Positions 24,855 through 34,955 of a DNA stretch of 64,000 nt are shown here, piece by piece. Source of the stretch: Fimicolochytrium jonesii (lineage: Eukaryota); assembly GCF_025526975.1 (NCBI RefSeq), contig NW_026515693.1, positions 310,001 through 374,000 of the forward strand, in the 5' to 3' direction. Numbering within the stretch: position 1 is the first letter of the stretch; each line of letters opens with the position of its first letter. Both the position numbers and the translations under genes were made by a program. The notes beneath the pieces are model-generated. The model saw only the letters and a program-made list of their open reading frames with translations, was not told where the DNA came from and ran no database searches.

Positions 24855-25384
24855 TGTTATGGACGACGCGTCCATACCATGCGCTTACCTCATGACAGCA
24901 TCCCAACAGTCAGTCAATGTCAATTCCCTGTCAAAACCTGACATCTGCCAAACCTCGCAGCCGCACGCAGCCGCGCTACCCCACACCTGCCACTGCCTTC
25001 ATTTCTCCACGCAGCCGCACGTAGCCACACCTCCCAACACTCGGCGCTCACAAACCCTTCTCCATACTTCCCCACGTACCCGCCCACAGCCTCAGCGTAG
25101 CCACCCCATCCCCAGTCTTCTGTTTCTATGCTTCCCCACCCTTGGCGCTTCTCTTGGCTTCCCTCTCATTCCGTACCCTTCTGCTTCCCCACGCTTCCCC
25201 AGCCTTCCCAGAAAAACATAAATAGCCGCCTCCCCTGAGCTCCCCACTTCCTGATCCCCCAGCAGATCAACACCAGTTCTTCCTAGTCTTGTTCTAGTTC
25301 TTGTTTCGGTCTGAATACCATTACCTGTCAACAACCTGCACCACAAGTCGCCTCTATTTCCATCGGCTCCGCCCATTCATAACA
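24855..25384 (+). repeat. 5' LTR
   Basis: Identical by eye to 30201-30730 except C24956 versus T30302. Confidence 0.97.
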
Positions 25385-25435
25385 GTTTGATCTGCTCAAC
25401 AACCCCCAGCCGCTGTACCTCCACGCCAAATCACC

Positions 25436-26362
25436 ATGTCCGACGCCCTTCCCCTCACGGCCGAAGCCTGGCAAGCCATGTGCAATGCGATTGACGAACT
25501 TCGAGCGCAGAATACCACCCTACAAGCCGAACTAGCGCAAACCCAGACCACTGCCCCTGCCACCCACGCCCCCGAACCCAAAATCAGTCTCCCAGACAAA
25601 TTTGATGGCACCCGAAGCAAGTTCCGTGGGTTCCTCAACCAGATCCGGCTCATGTTCGCCCTTCAACCCAGGCGCTACCCCAACGATCAGACCAAGATAC
25701 GAACTATTGGCACCTACCTCACTGGCACCGCCCAGGCCTGGCTGGCGCCCCTTGTCGAACAAGACCATCATTCCCTTACGAACCTGGATGATTTCATCCA
25801 GCAAATGCAAGCAGTCTTTGGAGACAGCAACAGGATCCGCACGTCCGAAAACAAGCTCCAGAACCTTCGACAAACCCGTGCAGCAACAGAGTATGTAGCT
25901 GAATTCCGACAGCCGCAATGCGATGTGTCGTGGAATGACCAGGCATTGATTGCCACCTTCCGTCGCGGCCTCAAAGAAGACGTCAAGGACTTAATGCTCA
26001 CGATGCCCCCTACCGCCTCAATCGACACCGTGATGGAACAGGCCATCCAATGTGACAACCGATTGTTTGAGCGCCGTCTAGAGCGAAGCAGGAACCGACA
26101 GCCATATGTGCCAGTTACCACTAGCCCCACCCTCATGAGCCCCGACAACCGCCCAGACAACCCTATGATCATTGACGCTGCTCGTCCGCGAGGACCCCTC
26201 ACACCGCTAGAGCGCCAACACCGCATCACAAACAAACTTTGCCTCTACTGTGGTAAACCCGGCCACATAGCCAAACTCTGCCCAAACAAGATACGCACGG
26301 TGAATGTCGCGGTTAAGGAACCTGCACCCATCCAGGATTTTGCCCAAGTCCAGCTGCAGTAA
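25436..26362 (+). CDS. gag: Retrotransposon Gag with CCHC zinc knuckle
   Basis: Encodes EPKISLPDKFDG, LTGTAQAW, YVAEFR, FRRGLKEDVKD and CLYCGKPGHIAKLC. Confidence 0.95.
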   Translation: MSDALPLTAEAWQAMCNAIDELRAQNTTLQAELAQTQTTAPATHAPEPKISLPDKFDGTRSKFRGFLNQIRLMFALQPRRYPNDQTKIRTIGTYLTGTAQAWLAPLVEQDHHSLTNLDDFIQQMQAVFGDSNRIRTSENKLQNLRQTRAATEYVAEFRQPQCDVSWNDQALIATFRRGLKEDVKDLMLTMPPTASIDTVMEQAIQCDNRLFERRLERSRNRQPYVPVTTSPTLMSPDNRPDNPMIIDAARPRGPLTPLERQHRITNKLCLYCGKPGHIAKLCPNKIRTVNVAVKEPAPIQDFAQVQLQ

Positions 26363-29300
26363 AGGCCGAGCAGCTGGGCAACACCTGTCCTGGGCCTTCT
26401 CACCACGCAAGTACTGCCAAGGGAGAAGCCACAAAACCTTGCTCCGATCCTGGCATCTCCAGCAACACCCTTCTCCTGACCACCAACAATGTCAATCTCT
26501 GATCTGAGATACCCTCACCCATGCGGATTTTGGGCCCATCCCCACCATTCGAGTACCCTGTTACCCTGCAGATATCGGCCCAGTGAGCTCCAGTTCAGCT
26601 TTCAGCACTACTTGACACCGGTGCGATGTCGTGCTTCATCGACGAAAGTTATGCCCGCAAGCACCGCATCCCACTTGTCAAGAAGGAGGACCCCATTGCG
26701 CTTGAACTGGTTGACGGACGTCCCAGCCATGCGGGCTCCATTACCCATCACACCCAACCTTTGGGCATGTGGGTCAACGACCATTTTGAGGAGGTGGTAT
26801 TCCATGTGACATGTTCCCCGCATGCGCCAATCATCCTGGGGCTTCCCTGGTTTGAGCTCCATGATGTGGAGCTACACTGGAAGACTCGCACTCTTTGCGT
26901 CCGCTGCCATTGCGGTTTTGGACAATACGCCTCCTGGGATGCCCTGCCAACAGAACCTAGCCCGAAGCCCTCAAGAACCCCTGAACCTCTGATCCGTATC
27001 CATCAAGACGAGATTTCAGTCTCCCTAGCCCAGACACCCAACACACTGGACCCAGCACCCACACCGATCCACGTATCGTTTATCAGCGCCCCAGCTTTCC
27101 GTGTGGCGGCAAGGCATGACCAGGCATTCATTGCCTACGCCAATCCGACCAAGTCAGATTCCCAAGCCCTGGCGACCACTCCTCCAAAAGATCCGAAGGC
27201 CATCATTCCTGAAGAATACCAAGATTTTGCGGACGTCTTCGCCAAGAAGAACGCGGATACCCTCCCAGAGCACCGACCCTACGACTGTCCCATCGACTTA
27301 GAAGAGGGCAAACAGCCACCGTTCGGCCCGATCTATAGTCTCAGCGAGCCTGAAATGCAGGCACTCTGTGACTACCTTGAAGAGAACCTAGCTAAGGGGT
27401 TCATAAAGCACTCCAAGTCTCCCGCCGGTGCCCCAATCCTCTTTGTCAAGAAAAAGGACGGTTCCCTCCGTCTGTGCGTCGACTATCGTGGACTCAACAA
27501 TATCACCATCAAGAATCGCTATCCCTTGCCCTTGATTAACAGCATCATGGATCGTCTTCGAGGGGCACGCCGGCTCACCAAGATTGACCTCCGGGGAGCC
27601 TACAACCTTCTTCGGATCCGGCCAGGGGATGAATGGAAGACAGCGTTCCGATGTCGCTACGGCCTATTCGAGTATAATGTCATGCCGTTTGGGCTCACCA
27701 ATGCCCCTGGAGTATTCCAACACCTCATGAACGACATATTCCGTGACATTCTCGACGTTTTTGTTGTGGTCTACCTTGACGACATTCTGATCTTCTCAAA
27801 AAACCCAGAAGACCACCCCAACCACGTCCGAGAGGTGCTCTCACGACTCCGCCAGCACGGGCTGTATGCGAAACCGGAAAAATGCGAATTCAACCAGGAC
27901 TCTGTTGAGTTCCTGGGGTTTATTATCTCCCAGCAAGGCATTTCCATGGACCCAAAGAAGACGGCTGCCATTACCGAATGGGAACCCCCGACGAATGTCA
28001 AAGGCATCCAGCGCTTCCTTGGTTTTGCCAACTTCTACCGGCGATTCATCAAAGGGTACTCTGCGATCGTTGCACCCCTGACCACGCTCACTCGCAAAGA
28101 CTTGCCATTCAAATGGACCCACGCTGCACACCTAGCTTTTGAAACCCTCAAGAAAGCCTTCACCTCCGCACCTATCCTGACTCACCCCGACCCTGACAAG
28201 CCCTTCATTGTCGAATCCGATGCCTCCGACTTTGCCCTTGGCGCCGTCCTCCTTCAACCCGATGACACAGATCAACTCCACCCCGTGGCCTTTCACTCCC
28301 CCAAATTTACTCCTGAGGAAATCAACTATGAGATCTACGACAAGGAACTCCTGGCTATCCAAGACTCATTTGCTCAATGGCGACACCACCTCATTGGTGC
28401 CCGCCACAAGGTCATCGTTTACTGTGACCACAAGAACCTCCAGTACTTCATGACTACCCGTACCCTCAACCGCCACCAATCCCGCTGGTCAATCTTCTTT
28501 GCTGATTTTGACTTTGTCATCACATACCGCCCTGGTACCCAGCAACACCAAGCTGACGCCCTCTCTCGTCGCTCTGAATACGAGCTAAGGGAGGGGGAAG
28601 AAGCATTCCGCTCCCAGGAAACCACGATCCTCACCCCTGACCATCTCCGCCTGGCCGCCACTTATCTGACCCCACTGGACTCCTCGCTCCTTGACCAAAT
28701 CAAAGCTGCCCTGGCATCCGATGTGTTTGCGCAAACCATCCGGCGACAGCTTAGGGCCCCCATTGCCCAGCAATCTCAAGAAGACCAAGAACGGATAAAG
28801 CGATTCTCCGAGGAAAATGGGGTTCTGCTGTACGACAACCTTGTCTATGTCCCCACCAACAAGCTCCGTGCTGAGATCTGCCGGGACATGCATGACACGC
28901 GTTTGGCAGGACACTACGGCATGTCAAAGACCCTGGAGCTCATCTCACGCAACTACTGGTGGCCTAGCCAATGGCGTTTTGTCAAGTCCTACATCAGGTC
29001 CTGCGACGTATGTGCTCAAGCCAAGACCAGCAGACACAAGCCCTACGGTCTCCTCCAACCCCTGCAGGTCCCTGACCGCCCCTGGGGGTCAGTTTCCATG
29101 GACTTCATCACGGATCTACCCGCCAGTGATGGGGTTGATTCTGTGCTTGTTGTCATCTGCCGGTTCACCAAGATGGCGCACTTTGTACCGTGCAGGAAAA
29201 CTGCCACCGCTGAGTCAACTGCAGATCTGATCTGGCACCATGTCATCCGGCTCCATGGACTCCCCGACGATATTGTATCTGACCGTGGCCCACAGTTCAA

Positions 29301-30188
29301 CTCCCACTTCTGGAAACGTCTCTTCGCTCTCCTGGGAACCAAGGTCAACCTCTCATCGGCGTTCCATCCCCAGAGCGATGGACAAACCGAGCGGACCAAT
29401 CAGATTCTTGAGCAATACCTTCGCTGCTTTTGCAACTATCAACAAGATAACTGGAAGGAACTCTTGTCTTCTGCTGAGTTCTCTTACAATAACACCATCC
29501 ACTCCGCCACCCAGACAACCCCCTTCTACGCCAACTATGGGTTCCATCCTCGATTCAGTCTGGCTTCCGCCACCACAACCGAATCCCTTAATCCTGCAGC
29601 CGAAGCTCGTGCCAACCATCTCAAGGAAATCCATGAACAGCTTGCCACTGAGCTCGAGGAGGCCCAAGGACGCATGAAGCGCTTTGCCGATGCTAAGAGG
29701 GCACCTGGCCCAGACATGAAACCTGGGGACAGTGTCTGGCTCTTACAACGGAATCTCAAGACTCTCCGACCTTCCCAGAAACTTGATCACCGTAAGATTG
29801 GCCCCTTCACAATCACGGAGAAGATCAACTCGGTCACATATCGCCTCAAGCTTCCCCCATCCTACAAAATTCACAACGTCTTCCATGTCTCCCTTCTTGA
29901 ACCACGTTTCACCATTCCGGAGCGAACTGAGCCAGAACCCACCCCACCAGAAGAAGTCGAGGACAGGAGGAATGGATTGTGGAAGACATTCTTGACTCCC
30001 GTATTCGACGCACGCACCTTCAGTACCTCATCAAGTGGCAGGGTTGGCCAAGCTCGGAGAACACATGGGAGCCAGTGGAACACCTTGCCCGATGTCAAGA
30101 GCTTGTTGCCCAGTTCCACCAAAAGTACCCCGACAAACCCCGACCAAAGCCTGCCAACATCAAAACAACATCCGGACGCCGTGGCTAA
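26335..30188 (+). pseudogene. pol: Retrotransposon Pol (protease, RT, RNase H, integrase, chromodomain) with lesions
   Basis: Encodes ALLDTGA, LRLCVDYRGLN, YLDDILI, VESDASDFA, SMDFIT, IVSDRG, DGQTER and GPF. The chromodomain VEDILDSR..YLIKWQGW..NTWEP is in a shifted frame after ~29962. In-frame TGA stops lie at 26500 and 26584. Confidence 0.93.
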
Positions 30189-30200
30189 AGGAGGGGGTGA

Positions 30201-30730
30201 TGTTATGGACGACGCGTCCATACCATGCGCTTACCTCATGACAGCATCCCAACAGTCAGTCAATGTCAATTCCCTGTCAAAACCTGACATCTGCCAAACC
30301 TTGCAGCCGCACGCAGCCGCGCTACCCCACACCTGCCACTGCCTTCATTTCTCCACGCAGCCGCACGTAGCCACACCTCCCAACACTCGGCGCTCACAAA
30401 CCCTTCTCCATACTTCCCCACGTACCCGCCCACAGCCTCAGCGTAGCCACCCCATCCCCAGTCTTCTGTTTCTATGCTTCCCCACCCTTGGCGCTTCTCT
30501 TGGCTTCCCTCTCATTCCGTACCCTTCTGCTTCCCCACGCTTCCCCAGCCTTCCCAGAAAAACATAAATAGCCGCCTCCCCTGAGCTCCCCACTTCCTGA
30601 TCCCCCAGCAGATCAACACCAGTTCTTCCTAGTCTTGTTCTAGTTCTTGTTTCGGTCTGAATACCATTACCTGTCAACAACCTGCACCACAAGTCGCCTC
30701 TATTTCCATCGGCTCCGCCCATTCATAACA
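30201..30730 (+). repeat. 3' LTR
   Basis: Follows the PPT, ends CATAACA and is followed by the TSD GCGGC. Confidence 0.97.
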
Positions 30731-32495
30731 GCGGCAGTGGAGTTGAAACCATGGCGGACAGCGGCGGCGGCGGTGGCAGTGGCGGCGGTGGAGTTGAGGG
30801 AGTTGACGAGGACCAGGCGCGACAGATGATGAAGACTACCTATGATGAAAAGCGGCTGCTAGATTTCATCGCGCGAATGGCAGAGACCATCAACACACTC
30901 CGCACCCAGACAGACGACTTGGCAGTTCAGCTCTCTTTGGCAGCTCAGCTCTCTTTGGCAGAGCCCAACATCGAACCAGTCGAACCCGTCGCAGCCGCCA
31001 CTACTGAATCTCCTACGCACGCGCGTGTCAACAACAAAGAGCTAAACCCCGACCCCTCCGCAATGAATATAGTCGTTGACAGTTGGTGGAACCGGCCGCC
31101 GGCAATGTGGAAAGGCGAGCCGTGGCCAAAGGTGGATGAAAAGCATCTCATCTTCCTTCAACGTGTAATCAGGAGCAAAAATATGCCGGTGGGCCAGTGG
31201 GCTCTCGGTTGGGGCAGAAAGGAAGGAGAAGGAGACCTGAGGATACCGGCAGGGTTGTCGATCATTGAACCCGCCACCATTCGGCGGATTGTGAAAACCG
31301 ATAGCTGGCTGAACGATCAAGCTGTCAACAGGTTTGTTCCTGCTTTCCCGTGCGAGTGTGTGTCATTGTTGTCACTCACTGATGCTTGTGTCTGGATATA
31401 TAGGTGGTGCGTGTTGTTACAAGCCAGGTCATCACGGCACCCAACCATTTATCCGCCACTGCTAGCCGTCGGATCCACTTGGCTCCAAAGTGTCAAAATG
31501 GCACGGAGATCCAATGTCCCTATTCGGCTTGTTCCGGTAAGAAAAGTTACTTAACCGTACCGTACTTAACTAAACTAACTTTCCTTTTTTGTTTTATGTT
31601 AAGCGGTCGATCAATGTTGCAGAGTACAACATACTGCTATTCCCAACAAACCCAGATAATCTGCACTGGGTCCTGTTTGCAATACTTGTCGCGGTGCCGG
31701 CGCCCAAGTCCGCAAAACCCCTGGGCCCCCCTGGTTCGCCATTAACCAGACACGAAAACGTATCCCTCGTTTTATTTGACTCAAAGCCTCGCCCGAATGA
31801 CGGCGACTACGTTGATAAGATGGCCTATATCGGCTCCCTCTTGTGGGATTGGTACATTACGGCCACTGAAGCCCCGCTCAATCACACACTGACACCAACG
31901 GTTGACACCCTCTTCACGCCTCGACAGACCGATGACCAGAACTGCGGTACATTTGTGTGCATGATGGCTGATGCCATTGCCCGTGGTGCCGTGGGTGAGG
32001 TTTACGAATCATGGGTCAATCCGCAGACCGCCGTCAATGCCCGCCATAACATCGCACTGAGCATCGTGTTGGCCATGTTTCTTCACGATGGTGATGCTCA
32101 TCAGTATACGGATGTGACGAAGTGCTAGAGATGGAAGATGCAGATGCCGGGATGGAAGGTGCAGAGATGTCGGCGTAGGAGGAGGTGCAGAACGGGGTGC
32201 AGAACGGTGTTGTGCCGAAAGATGCAAGCTCCTAGTTGTGATAGGGGTAGAGTATAGTATATTATACGTATAGTACGCGCCTTCAGCCGAGTCGTGCTTC
32301 AAGTGGTGCCTCTGTGATGGCTTATTTTACGGCCACTTCGCCCTACTTCACATCTACTTCATATCTACCCGATTTTCACTTCCCGGTTCGACGTGCGGGG
32401 GACAAATTTCTCCCCAAAATCCATTGATGGCTGACTAGTACAAGTACTGACGCCTTCCTGTCAGTCGAGCAGCCACCTCAAGACGCATGGTTTGA

Positions 32496-33165
32496 AACCA
32501 AGCCGCCATCAAACTTGCAAACAATCCCGTGGATCATCAGCAAACGAAACACATTGACGTTCGACACCACTTTATTCGGGAACTTGTAGCTGAACGCAAG
32601 CTAGATATTCAGTATATCTCAACAAAAGAAATGATAGCGGACATCCAAACGAAAGCTCTTCCGAGACCGGCCTTTGTTTATTTACGGGAATTATGTGGGC
32701 TACGACAGTAAAGTCTACACTACACGCCGTATTGTTAAATAATGGCTCTTCGGAGCCAAGTGAGCGGCGGAGCGTCAAAAGCTACATGACACGACGGACA
32801 CCGAACTTGATTTGACGGGGGATGCCGAACAAGATAAATGGAGCATCAGTTGCATATGGTGCAGTTGCCACACGAGATCACCATGCGACACGAGATGGGA
32901 TTAGTGCCGCACATGCAGCACTGACGATTGTGCCGGTCCCGGGTTAAGTAAACTGGCCACGGGGCTCTAAGAGAAGCAATCAATACACGTTTATCAGTTG
33001 AATTACCTCCTCTCACCACTCACCGACAAACGCCACAGCGTGGGGCGTGCAATTGAGACACCATCTCCTGGACGATGCACGTACGGCAAAATAGGTGCCC
33101 GCACGGCCCGTTGTAGATGGCAGGGTTGACCATACAGATTGGGCAAGTTGGACCACCGTTCGGCA
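32496..33165 (+). mobile_element. Ty1/Copia 3' remnant: RNase H C-terminus, PPT and 3' LTR
   Basis: Encodes NQAAIKLANNPVDHQQTKHIDVRHHFIRE..MIADIQTKAL. PPT TTGACGGGGGA at 32812-32822. The LTR 32823-33165 is bounded by the 8-bp inverted repeat TGCCGAAC...GTTCGGCA. Confidence 0.88.
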
Positions 33166-33509
33166 TCTTGATGGATTGGTTGGATTTGGGTGTTGGAGAG
33201 AGAGAGTGTGTTGTTGATTGGAATGGAGCTATGAGCGGGAGTTGGACAGGCTGACTTTTGGACAGCTTGAGTCGGGGGAGTGTTGTGCAGAGATGCGAAC
33301 TATCCTGTCAGTTGCTGTCATTGCGTAAGCAGATGCGTAAGCAGTCTGGTCACGGTCAGAGAGACAAAGACCCCGACGCCAGAGTCCGAAGTATATAGAC
33401 ATACAACAAGTAATACAAAAAGACAACTAATGGTTCTACTCTTCATCGGCTACTTCCCAGTAATAATTCAACACGTTCTCCAATAAGACCGGACAACCCA
33501 ACACACATT

Positions 33510-33905
33510 ACACGTTTCCCCAAGAATGGGCCGCTCAGATGAATGATCAGCCCGTCGGGGGCTGTAACCGACTGATATTTCAGTGCATGCACCCCCTTAT
33601 GACAGTTGTAAAATTGCCGTTGCCCCTGTTTTGGCCGTGGGATTGGACGCACGGTGCCATCGATAAAACCGATACAGGTGCGGAGGGCGCCCGTTTTCTG
33701 GAAAACAGCATCAGCGTATTGACGCCGGCATTTTCCATCCATTCGCCTGCCATCAAAGTGGAAGAGGATGCGATATTCGCTGTAAAGCAGCAAGATGGTG
33801 TGATTGAAAATTGTCGAAAGCCACAGGATAGAGCGGCCAAAGATTGGTTCCAAATCCGGCCAGCGGCAAGGGTAGGCAAGCCGCCGTAATACAAGCAGCA
33901 GGGCC
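33510..33905 (-). mobile_element. PIF/Harbinger-type (DDE_Tnp_4, HARBI1-like) transposase fragment
   Basis: Encodes LRRLAYPCRWPDLEPIFGRS, CIGFIDGTVRPIPRP and YNCHKGVHALKYQSVTAPDGLIIHLSGP. Truncated at both ends. Confidence 0.85.
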
Positions 33906-33918
33906 TTACACAGTTGTC

Positions 33919-33988
33919 TGGGAGTGGGAATTGAACTCGCTACCTGCACGTCTGCAAGGAGAGCAATATTCAACTGTGCCAAAGCGCC
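33919..33988 (-). pseudogene. Degenerate tRNA-like sequence (possible SINE head)
   Basis: The minus strand has an A-box-like TGGCACAGTTG, a TTGCA loop and a B-box GTTCAATTC at tRNA spacing. The stems pair poorly. Confidence 0.4.
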
Positions 33989-34955
33989 AGTGTTGTCAGA
34001 ATGCAATTACAGTAGTACCAGAAGGGTGTACTGTACGGTACAGGTGGTCAAAAGAGCGTCCGAGAGAGCGTTCCATCACATGGGTTTCATCCCCTCAGGC
34101 CCCCTCACAAAAAGCGGCCTGTAAAAACCATGCTTGCAGACCGTGTGTGCTAACAAAACGTCCGAGAGGATTGGCGAACGACTGTTTTTCTCCCTGGAGG
34201 TACATTCAGAACAGTACTGGCATACCATACGCCAATGGACAGTCTGGGTCTAGTTTGAGGCTGTGTCAAACCGAAGGTGTATTGTAATGTGTTGCACAAC
34301 GATGAGAATTTGGATGGGAGGAGAGCCCAGGCCTGGTCGAGCTAACCCCAAAGAAGCTACCGCGCAAAGCTCAACTCTACGCGAACCGTGTCAGCCGTTC
34401 TATTGACCGAGAGCTTCGTTTGCTTGCTCTATAATAAAGCGTCTGGCTTTTCCAACCCTCTTTTTGAAACACTGGTTGCAATGCCCCTGCTGTGGCTGGG
34501 AGCTATGGGTTTTGAAGGAGGTCGCTCGCGTCCAACGCGTTTGCGCGTTGCGAGGGTGCTTACGTGAAGCAGTGATTACGTGAAGACTGAATCCATCTTA
34601 TGTCAGCGGGGATGGAAGCAACAAAGATGACAACGCGTTTGCTGGAGGGGGGCGGTGAAACACATACAGTACTGTACTATATGAAAACAAGTTGACGGAT
34701 CGTTATCACCCTCGCCCCCATCCATGCATGAGGCTGGAAATCGAGCGGACGGATGCACGGAAGGTCGCCGCCACCCCAGACCGCACTCCAAAGGGGATGC
34801 CCAAAAAGTGCACTTTTTCCCACTCGCAATTGAAGGCTTCATTTACACAAACAGGCCAGCAACAACACCCACCCGGCCAGCAACACTCAGGCAGGCCCTC
34901 GTCATCGGAAAGTCACCACCATACTCGATACGCTCACCGACCGGCACTTGCAACA

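Larger units (their letters stand above)
24855..30730 (+). mobile_element. Full-length Ty3/Gypsy chromovirus LTR retrotransposon (Tf1/Tcn1-like)
   Basis: Two 530-bp LTRs with TGTTATG...CATAACA ends. 5-bp TSD GCGGC at 24850-24854 and 30731-30735. Domain order gag-PR-RT-RH-IN-chromodomain. PPT AAAGGAGGGGGTGA at 30187-30200. Confidence 0.98.
23537..32128 (+). pseudogene. Multi-exon gene ending in a Ulp1/SENP-like (peptidase C48) cysteine protease domain, disrupted by the LTR element; 5' exons unresolved
   Basis: Encodes SWLNDQAVN, LFPTNPDNLHWVL, VLFDS and PRQTDDQNCGTFVC (H-D-Q-C). Removing the LTR element and one TSD copy joins 24854 to 30736 in frame (DSGGG|SGVETMAD). Confidence 0.75.

Noticed and set aside
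24559..25221. 220-aa ORF, and the matching last ~120 aa of the 1313-aa Pol ORF
   Set aside because: Both are read-through into LTR sequence. The real Pol C-terminus is the frameshifted chromodomain.
19988..32407. CGGGGGATAAA (19988-19998) and CGGGGGACAAA (32396-32406) as element termini
   Set aside because: They are in direct, not inverted, orientation and only 10 of 11 nt match, which is not distinguishable from chance.
33510..33905. Harbinger transposase as the mobiliser of the Fanzor
   Set aside because: It is truncated, separated from Fanzor by a Copia remnant, and no shared TIRs were found.
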